In this document: positions 1 to 7,600 of the stretch, in pieces | Numbering within the stretch: the first letter of the stretch is position 1 | How the letters are laid out: every line of letters starts with the position of its first letter | Source: Candidatus Poseidoniaceae archaeon | Lineage (GTDB): Archaea; Thermoplasmatota; Poseidoniia; Poseidoniales; Poseidoniaceae | Assembly (NCBI GenBank): GCA_022424925.1 | Contig: JAKMGM010000160.1 | Span: 1-41,575 of the forward strand | Length of the DNA: 41,575 nucleotides | Direction: 5' to 3' | Made by a program: the position numbers and the translations under genes | Notes under the pieces: generated by a model | Told to the model about the DNA's origin: nothing | What the model saw: only the letters and a program-made list of their open reading frames with translations | Database searches by the model: none

Positions 1-470
1 ATGTGTGACCATGCTCCGTCGGGTTGTGCAGGGTTTCCGCCAACTTTGATGGTAAGTGACTCAAGATGTCCAAGCGTTTCAGAGGCTTTTTTCGCAAGCA
101 TATTCGATACACCTGGAGCAATGCCAACATCCCAGAGCAATACAGCGTTGTTCTCGACAGCAAGATGTTCGTAAGCATGCGGGTCTTCGGCCGTGAAGGC
201 CAAATCAATGATATCGTGGCCTTGTCGCAGCAACAGCGGTCGTACAGCGTCTCCAATGCGGCCAGGGAGCATGTTCACTACAACTCGAATCTTTTGAAAC
301 CCGTCGATGTGTTCCATGACGTCACCTGCAAGAGCAGTAACATTGGCTTTTGAGGCTAAATCATCTGGTACATTGAGGTCGACCACAGTCACTTCATGGC
401 CGTAATCCAGCAACCTTTCGATAACGAATCGGCCGACAAGCCCACATCCTAGAGCAACAACTGCAGCCAT
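1..470 (-). CDS. Saccharopine dehydrogenase-family NAD(P)-binding protein (N-terminal part; runs off the left edge)
   Basis: Minus-strand frame open from ATG at 468-470 to the window edge. It is absent from the track because it has no stop in the window. My translation is MAAVVALGCGLVGRFVIERLLDYGHEVTVVDL... (GxGxxG Rossmann start, acidic residue at the end of beta2), followed by ...LLWDVGIAPGVSNMLAKKA, typical of saccharopine-dehydrogenase-like proteins. Confidence 0.7.
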   Translation of the reverse strand, partial: MAAVVALGCGLVGRFVIERLLDYGHEVTVVDLNVPDDLASKANVTALAGDVMEHIDGFQKIRVVVNMLPGRIGDAVRPLLLRQGHDIIDLAFTAEDPHAYEHLAVENNAVLLWDVGIAPGVSNMLAKKASETLGHLESLTIKVGGNPAQPDGAWSH

Positions 471-480
471 TTGTGTCCCC

Positions 481-1815
481 TCAGGGTGTTACACGGCGAG
501 AGTCGCGCGGGAATGGTATAACTTCACGAATGTGGTCAGCGCCTGTTAACCATGCGCAAACCCGGTCGACGCCAAGGCCGAAACCACCGTGAGGAACGCC
601 TCCATACGAGCGTGTATCAATGTAGAACTGGTAAGCCTCGGTAGGCGTTCCTTCCTCCTTGAGTCGGGCTAGAATCTCTTCTTCGGACCATGTTCGTTCG
701 CCTCCACCGATGATTTCACCGTAGCCTTCTGGCGCCAACAGGTCGTGGCAAAGAACATAGTTTTCATCATCAGGATCGACACGGTGGTAGAACGGTTTTG
801 CCACCTTTGGATAGTGGGTGAGGAAATGTGGAACATCAAAATCTTGTGTGAGAATCTTTTCTTTGGAGTAATCCAAGTCTTGTCCCCACTCGATGTCAAC
901 ATTCATCCCTTGAAGCGTTTCAACAGCCTCGTCATATCGCATTCGCGGGTAGGGATTGTCTGCATATCGGGCGACCAAATCAAGGTCACGCCCGAGCCCT
1001 TCAAGTTCGGTAGAACGCTCATCGAGAAGGGTTGAAGCAACTCGACGAACAACACCTTCACCATGCGTCATGATTTCTTGGTTGCTCGCCCATGCGACTT
1101 CCATTTCAGCATGCCAAAATTCAGTAAGATGTCGCCGTGTTCGTGATTTCTCTGCACGGAAAGAGGGGGCGATGGTGTACAGGCGTTCGAGGGCTGGCAT
1201 TGCTGCCTCAGCATACAGTTGCCATGATTGGGTGAGGTAAGCAGTTCGACCAAAATATGGAACTTCAAACAATGTCGAGCCACCTTCAACGGCTCCAGCA
1301 ACGAAATTCGGTGCCTGATACTCAACAAAATCTAAGTCTCGAAAATAGGAATGAATAGCGCCAAAAACGCTGCTTCGAATCTGGAGCATGGTCGTCATAC
1401 GAGAGGTTCTCAGGTACAAATGGCGGTTATCGAGAAGGAATTCAGTTTCACCCCCGTCAGCAGCAGCCATAGCCGACTCAGTAATTGGAAACGGCTTTTC
1501 GGGGTTCACTGCGCCAACGATTTCGAACGAGGAGGCAACGACCTCATGGCCTCCGTCTGCTCTTTCATCGGCATTGACTTTACCGTGGATAATGACTGAA
1601 GTTTCGATAAGGACATTTTTGACTTCAGCGAACAGTTCCTCACCGATGGCGTCTTTCTTCACCACACATTGAATGGTACCGGTCGAATCTCGAAGAACAA
1701 CGAATCGAATGTTGTTGTTTCCACGAGCCCGCTTCACCCAGCCCTTCAATTCAACAACTTGGTCGTCGTGCTTTCCAGACTGCACATCGCCTATCCACAG
1801 TGTCTTGCTCATCAT
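481..1815 (-). CDS. asnS: Asparaginyl-tRNA synthetase (class IIb)
   Basis: N-terminal OB anticodon-binding domain (VELKGWVKRARGNNNIRFVVLRDSTG). Class II motif 2 FRAEKSRTRRHLTEFWHAEMEVAW is AsnRS-like rather than AspRS-like. Motif 3 is GGFGLGVDRVCAWLTG..IREVIPFPR. The start is placed at the internal MMSKT (1815), because the longer ORF extension overlaps the divergent carbamate kinase region. Confidence 0.9.
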   Translation of the reverse strand: MMSKTLWIGDVQSGKHDDQVVELKGWVKRARGNNNIRFVVLRDSTGTIQCVVKKDAIGEELFAEVKNVLIETSVIIHGKVNADERADGGHEVVASSFEIVGAVNPEKPFPITESAMAAADGGETEFLLDNRHLYLRTSRMTTMLQIRSSVFGAIHSYFRDLDFVEYQAPNFVAGAVEGGSTLFEVPYFGRTAYLTQSWQLYAEAAMPALERLYTIAPSFRAEKSRTRRHLTEFWHAEMEVAWASNQEIMTHGEGVVRRVASTLLDERSTELEGLGRDLDLVARYADNPYPRMRYDEAVETLQGMNVDIEWGQDLDYSKEKILTQDFDVPHFLTHYPKVAKPFYHRVDPDDENYVLCHDLLAPEGYGEIIGGGERTWSEEEILARLKEEGTPTEAYQFYIDTRSYGGVPHGGFGLGVDRVCAWLTGADHIREVIPFPRDSRRVTP

Positions 1816-1947
1816 CGCACCTGTCTTCCGCTGGAGTCCTCTGTAATTCAATGTCTCCCTCTGCGTCTTTGGTGGCATGAACGAAAACAGCCTGCCACTG
1901 ACGAACATCGGGCAAAGGGTCAAACGCTCTGTGTTCATCTCAAGGTC

Positions 1948-2856
1948 ATGACACGAATTGCTGTTTACGCCATTGGAGGTAATGCATTGTCATCACCGGA
2001 TGGTGAAAACCAAGAGCGAAGCGCAGAGGTTCTCGCTCGTGTTATGTCTGATGTGATCGATTTACTTGAGGCTGGATGGGGCGTCGTGTTGACGCATGGA
2101 AATGGGCCTCAGGTTGGGCATTTAATGGAACTTGACTCTAAGCAAACCCAATCCATGGACACGTGGGTTTCGGCAACTCAGGGCATGATCGGGCATTCGC
2201 TTGCACTCAATCTCGATTCAATTCTCCACCGTCGCCGCCGTCCTGAGCGTACCGCCTGCATCTTGACCAGAGTATTGGTCGATGGAAACGACCAAGGTTT
2301 TCAATTCCCCACGAAACCCGTTGGGCCGATACTTTCTGCTGATACAGTTATGTCTGCAGATTGGGACATTGCTGAAACCATCAAAGGGCCACGGCGTGTT
2401 GTCGCAAGTCCCCTTCCAATGAAAGTTATTGATTTGCCGGTGATACAAAAACTGGTTGATTTACATGCAGTCGTAGTATGCGGCGGAGGCGGCGGCATAC
2501 CAGTCGTTGACAAAGGCGATTTTTTTGCAGGCGTTCCTGCGGTTATTGACAAAGACCGTCTTTCCGCACTTTTAGCCATCCAACTTGAGGCTGATGCCCT
2601 CATCATTTCGACAGCCATCGATGCTGTGCGAACAGATTTTGGCGGACCAAATGAGACGCTTCACCGCCGGCTCTCGTTGGATGAATGTGAACATTTTCTC
2701 GAGCAAGGAGAATTTCCAGCCGGCTCAATGGGGCCGAAAATCGGCAGCCTCATGGAAGCTGCACTCCATCGCCCGGGCCTTGAAGCGGTTTTGTGCCAAC
2801 CAGGGGATGCACTTATGGCATTACGTGGAGAGACTGGAACGACGGTTCATGTTTGA
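1948..2856 (+). CDS. arcC: Carbamate kinase
   Basis: Diagnostic carbamate kinase motifs: MTRIAVYAIGGNAL, THGNGPQVGHL, PTKPVGP, RRVVASPLP, CGGGGGIPVV, AVIDKDRLSA, FPAGSMGPKI. The start is placed at ATG 1948 (302 aa). The upstream part of the listed ORF overlaps asnS and looks non-coding. Confidence 0.9.
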   Translation: MTRIAVYAIGGNALSSPDGENQERSAEVLARVMSDVIDLLEAGWGVVLTHGNGPQVGHLMELDSKQTQSMDTWVSATQGMIGHSLALNLDSILHRRRRPERTACILTRVLVDGNDQGFQFPTKPVGPILSADTVMSADWDIAETIKGPRRVVASPLPMKVIDLPVIQKLVDLHAVVVCGGGGGIPVVDKGDFFAGVPAVIDKDRLSALLAIQLEADALIISTAIDAVRTDFGGPNETLHRRLSLDECEHFLEQGEFPAGSMGPKIGSLMEAALHRPGLEAVLCQPGDALMALRGETGTTVHV

Positions 2857-2877
2857 GTTTAAGGTGCACATATTGAT

Positions 2878-3354
2878 ATGCTTGTTCTCGTTCAGGGTAT
2901 CATGGAAGAGACACCATTCACCCTAATTGAAGCAACCGCCCACTGTGACGGACCATGCGGAGTATACGACCCAGCCAGCGCACGTGTTGCCGGTGAAGCC
3001 GTTCAATCGATGACCAAGAAAATGCTCGCTCTCGAGTACCCACAAGTGTTCAGTTCTGAGTCTATGGCTGCATACCTCAACACCATGAGTCGCTATGCTG
3101 CTATCAAGGAAGAAGAAGCCCAAAAGTGTAAGAAGGAATTGTTGGTCCTCTGGACAGACTTCTTCAAACCAGTTCACCTCGACGCACACCCCGATCTTCA
3201 CGACACGTTTTGGCAGGCTGCTAAACTGTGCAGTGCCTGCAAGGTCGAAGTCTCCGCTCAGCACGCTCAGGAATTGATGGATGCAATCGAAGCCATTCAC
3301 ACCATGTTCTGGGCAATCAAGGGTAGAGAAGTTCCTTGGATTCGCGCCAGTTGA
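2878..3354 (+). CDS. sodN: Nickel superoxide dismutase precursor (Ni-SOD)
   Basis: Ni-hook HCDGPCGVYDP (canonical HCDLPCGVYDP) follows a short cleavable leader (...IEATA|HCDG). Size is about 140 aa after processing. The start may instead be ATG 2902 (MEETPF...). Confidence 0.92.
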   Translation: MLVLVQGIMEETPFTLIEATAHCDGPCGVYDPASARVAGEAVQSMTKKMLALEYPQVFSSESMAAYLNTMSRYAAIKEEEAQKCKKELLVLWTDFFKPVHLDAHPDLHDTFWQAAKLCSACKVEVSAQHAQELMDAIEAIHTMFWAIKGREVPWIRAS

Positions 3355-3363
3355 GGTGCTTCA

Positions 3364-3675
3364 ATGACCGAGGTCCGAGTTCAAATCTCGGGCGACAGCA
3401 TGTGGCCTGCTTTCCCCAGCGGCAGTTTGTTTCGACTCGTTCCGTGTTCGTCTGAGCAACTCAACATCGGTCATGTGGTTCTTGCACGCCATCCTTTTCA
3501 TTCAGATGTTCAAATCGTCAAGCGAATTCAGCACATCACCAAAGATTCAGTTTTTTTGGTCGGCGACAATCCCGATCCTTTGGCCAGTGAAGACTCCCAC
3601 AACTTTGGTTCTGTAAGCATGGAAAACATACTCGGCCGTGTTGAGCTTGTTGAACATGAAGGGTGGCGGGCCTGA
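3364..3675 (+). CDS. sodX: Ni-SOD maturation peptidase (S26 signal-peptidase-like, SodX)
   Basis: 103 aa with an S26 Ser/Lys dyad context: SGDSMWPAF (Ser), VKRI (Lys) and GDNP..S.DS..FG. It lies 9 nt downstream of sodN, the known sodN-sodX arrangement. Confidence 0.8.
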   Translation: MTEVRVQISGDSMWPAFPSGSLFRLVPCSSEQLNIGHVVLARHPFHSDVQIVKRIQHITKDSVFLVGDNPDPLASEDSHNFGSVSMENILGRVELVEHEGWRA

Positions 3676-3740
3676 CGGGGTTCGAACCCGCGACCGATGG
3701 ATTAAGAGTCCATCGCTCTACCTGACTAAGCTACAGGCCC
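3667..3740 (-). tRNA. tRNA-Lys (anticodon CUU)
   Basis: The reverse complement folds as a cloverleaf. Acceptor GGGCCTG/CAGGCCC, D arm GCTT..GAGC, anticodon arm ATGGA-CTCTTAA-TCCAT (CTT), T arm GCGGG-TTCGAAC-CCCGT, discriminator G. No CCA is encoded. Confidence 0.93.
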
Positions 3741-3761
3741 AGCCTTGGGTTCGTCCACCCG

Positions 3762-3768
3762 TATTTAA
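3762..3768 (-). promoter_or_regulatory. Candidate archaeal TATA box for tRNA-Lys
   Basis: On the minus strand, TTAAATA lies about 22-28 nt upstream of the tRNA 5' end. This fits the archaeal box A position. Supported by sequence position only. Confidence 0.3.
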
Positions 3769-3786
3769 CAATTGACAGACGGCTCT

Positions 3787-4491
3787 TCACTCAAGTCGCC
3801 CGTTTGGGTTCACCAGTGTTTCGACTCCGTTGGAACCTGCGAGAACCACGACATCGCACATGTCATTGAACAGACCTACCTGAACAACACCTGCAATGTT
3901 GAGGATTTCAGACTCCATTACCTTTGGTTGCGTGATGCTCGGTCCACAATGTGCGTCAGCAATCATGTTTCCATTGTCAGTGATAACGGGGTTGTCTCCT
4001 GCCATTCTGCAGTTCACTCTGCAGTCGAGTGTTCTAGCCAACACACGAATTGTGGCTTGGTGAGCGAAGGGCGTTATTTCTATAGGAAGGGGGAATGCTC
4101 CAAGGGTTTGCACTTTTTTCCGGTCATCGGCTACGATAATCATCGCTTTGGCTTCTTGGGCAACAATCTTTTCTCGTAACAGTGCAGCCCCACCACCTTT
4201 GATGAGTTGGAAGTTTGGGTCGTATTCATCCGCACCATCAATGACAATATCCAATCCGTCAATTTCGGAGAGTTTTACCAATGGTATCCCAACCTCAAGT
4301 GCGAGTTTTTCTGTAGCCAACGACGTTGGTACGCCGACGATTTCCAAACCTTCTTCATGAATCATTCGTCCAAGTTCCACAACAGTGTGTTTGACAGTGG
4401 AACCCGTTCCAAGTCCAATGTTCATGCCGCTTCTTACATAGGCGCATGCAGCAATGCCGGCTTCTTTCTTGAGGGCTTCAACATCACTCAT
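3787..4491 (-). CDS. rpiA: Ribose-5-phosphate isomerase A
   Basis: Motifs GLGTGSTV, DGADE, KGGGAALLREK and a C-terminal GVVE-like GVVQVGLF. The start is placed at MSDVEALKKEAG (4491), giving 234 aa. Confidence 0.9.
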   Translation of the reverse strand: MSDVEALKKEAGIAACAYVRSGMNIGLGTGSTVKHTVVELGRMIHEEGLEIVGVPTSLATEKLALEVGIPLVKLSEIDGLDIVIDGADEYDPNFQLIKGGGAALLREKIVAQEAKAMIIVADDRKKVQTLGAFPLPIEITPFAHQATIRVLARTLDCRVNCRMAGDNPVITDNGNMIADAHCGPSITQPKVMESEILNIAGVVQVGLFNDMCDVVVLAGSNGVETLVNPNGRLE

Positions 4492-4610
4492 GCACCGATT
4501 GTCCAGCGTCAAGCCCTTGAGCATTCCGTATGAATTAGGCGTATGCTCATCCCACGGGATGAGGTATGCTTAGCCGAAGACTTTTGACCTAAGACCATCC
4601 TCAATGAAAC

Positions 4611-7600
4611 ATGAACGGTGCTCGCTCCACTTCGGTCCGCTGCTGCGCTGTTGTGGTTTTGTTCATGCTTTCAACCCTCATGCTCGGGTATTCGCCAGAA
4701 AACCGTGAACACATGGACTCGAATTTCGAACCTCTTTCAGCACCGACTCCGTTCGGACAAACGAATTTGCTTTCCATCGGTTCATTTCCTGACGGAGCGA
4801 ACGCCAATACTCGACTGAGCGTTGACGAAGGCGCTGCGCTGAAAACGCTCGACTTGCAAATTGACTCGGCGCGTTTACCCTCATCGACTGGCTTTTCACT
4901 GACTGAGTCAAGTGATTTTTCAACCAATACCGTCTATGATGGTATGGATGTCAATGGTTCATCGCTGACCATTCTCCCGCAGGGCTGGGAATGGGATTTT
5001 GAAAACGCAAACCACGGCTGGACACTCGGCTCACCAGCATGGAAATGGGGTTTTGATTCAGTCATCGGTCAAGCCGGTGGTGTTGCGAGCGGTGTCAAGG
5101 CGCTGTACACATACGACGGGAACTATCCAAACAACATGGGTTCAACATTATGGGCAACCTCCCCGGTCATGGATTGCTCTGCGTGTTCCGGAGCATGGGA
5201 ATTGAGTTTCATGCGCCGTTTGGGCGTCGAAAGCCCTTCATGGGACCATGCATATATCTCGGTCAAAACATCGACCGGAAGTTGGGCAAGTCTGTATTCA
5301 AATCCAAGCAGCGTGAGCGATGGTTCCTTCACCCAACAGACCATATCCCTCAACAATTACATTGCTGGAAATTCGAATCTTCAGATTCGGTTTGGTATCG
5401 GTACAACAGATTCTTCGGTAACCTATACCGGATGGAATATTGATGATGTTTCGATCATGCCGAGCACTACCGGCACATCATCGGGTGAAGGCAATTGGAC
5501 TTCCGCACCGCTGAGCCCTACGATGTTTGGGCAAGGTGAGGAGCGCGCTTTTGGTTATCTCCATATTGATGCGTTCGTTCCGCAGGGAGAAATTTTTGAA
5601 TGGAGGCTGCTTGATGCAACCACCAGTCAGCCAGTTCCAGGTTTCGAAAATTCGATACTGCGTTCCATTGACTTGGGCTTAGTTGACTGGGAAACCTATC
5701 CAAGCATCCGGCTCAGTATTCACATGAAGAGCCAAGCCGGCGGTGTTCCAGCAGTGCATGGAATCCATTTTGAGGGTAAGATTTTCGAGGATTTTAATGA
5801 TGACCCAACCGACTTGGGGTGGCAATTGCAAGGCGTGAATTGGGCAAATGGCGTGGTTTCAGGCACAGGCACGCTCAAAACCTCGACATTCAATGTTCGT
5901 TCTGGTTTTGCCGGCTTCGACTCGAATTCAGTTCTCTCGTCTGGTGCTGTTGTTGAATACACTTTAGACGGTGGATCAAATTGGAACACATTGGTTGACG
6001 GAAAACAATGGCTCACTACCCCTGCGTTTTCGGTGCAATTTCGAGTGTCCTCATCCGGCAGTTCTTGGAACATCGACTCGTTTGATGTTGAATTGATTCG
6101 AACCAGCATTCCTGACGGCCTACGTATTGATGTCGGCATGAACGGCATCAGCGATTGGTCGCTGGAAGGTGATGGGATTGGGCGTTTGGGAATACAAGAC
6201 CGTCTCAAAGACCATTCGCTATGGAACTCACAGCCATCCGCTCCATCTTCTCCAGCTTCATACAGTCTTTTGTTGCCGGCAGCGGGGGTTCAAGCGTTTG
6301 AATTTGGAGTTGCTGCCCCACTTCAAGCAATGAATTCCCCCTTCTTGGCCATGTCCATCGATGGGCAAGACTTCATGTCGACATCCCTGCCGAATCTCCA
6401 AGAATTACAGATTATCCAACTTTCTTCGAGCGAATTGAGCACGTTAAACAGCGCACTTTCTCAAGCATCACATGACTCCAGTGTTGAGGGCTTACCTATG
6501 GTAGAAGTTGACGTACGCATTGGTTCGTCAACCTCAACCTCGGATGTACTGTTCGGGGGCATCTTTGCACCGTATGATGCCTCACTTGTTCTTCAGTTTG
6601 GACCAAGCGACCCAGTGATTGTCGCATTGAACAGCGCACTTCAGTCGGTCATTCCCGTCAGTGGCAGCAAGGAGTTGCCGCTTCCAATCCGCATGTCTTC
6701 CTCGGGTGCAGTCTATGTGAACGTCGTTCAACAGACATCGCAGGGTTCAATTGAACCCATTTCCATTTCAGTGTCCAATGTATCGGATACATTCACGCCC
6801 TCGACAGACTGGGTCGAAGTAACCAGCGTTTTTGACTTCTCAAACTTAGGTGTCACATCGCCGGAATCGTATGTGAAATCGAACGGTTGGTCACTCGCAT
6901 TGTTCCTGACGGCAGACAACGAACATTCCGAGACGCGCTGTCCAATGGTATCGCTCCCAATTACCGGAGTTTCTGTGAACAGTTGTGTCCGAGAAGGAAA
7001 CTCAATGATTTGGTCTCAAGATGGAGGCTTTGGAGAAATTCGAATGCTTGAAAGTGGATCTTTCTTGCAAATTGTTCACCGCTTCCAGTTTCCTGAGCAG
7101 TGGGAAGATGAAGCATCCCTCTCGGTTTCGGTCAACATGCTCGCACCTTCTGGCCCAATGCTTCCAGTGAGCATGAATTTCGGACTTGGCTCTTCGCAAG
7201 GGGTTGAGAATGATGTGGAAGTGAAAGATTGGGCGATTGTTTACGATAATTCGGTTCGTTCCGTCCACGAACTTCCTTACCTCAACCCTGGAGAACAGGT
7301 AATGGTTGAAGTTCAGTTAGGGTTTGAGGACGTACCAGTTTCATCTTCACCTCGTCCGGGATCTACACTCGTACGCTTCCTTGCTGATGGGGTCGAGGTT
7401 CAATCAACATCGGTATTGGCAGATGGTGTAGCTTCTATCCCTTGGACCGTTCCAACGCAGAAGGATACGGTTGAACTGGAAGTCGAGGTCATTCCACTTG
7501 CAGGTCAAAACATCGTGTTCGCAGTCCCGAATACGGTCTCCTTTGGATTTGATACTGTTGACCCAGAACTTCTCGGCATGAGCGTTTCGGAGTTTGACCA

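Noticed and set aside
66-353. 95-aa plus-strand ORF at the left edge
   Set aside because: It lies antisense to a much better minus-strand frame (1-470) that has a clear GxGxxG Rossmann N-terminus. Its own composition (R/S/F-rich, no motif) looks non-coding.
1669-1947. N-terminal 93-codon extension of the carbamate kinase ORF
   Set aside because: It overlaps the asnS coding region on the other strand and has non-protein-like composition. The conserved carbamate kinase N-terminus MTRIAVYAIGGNAL begins at 1948.
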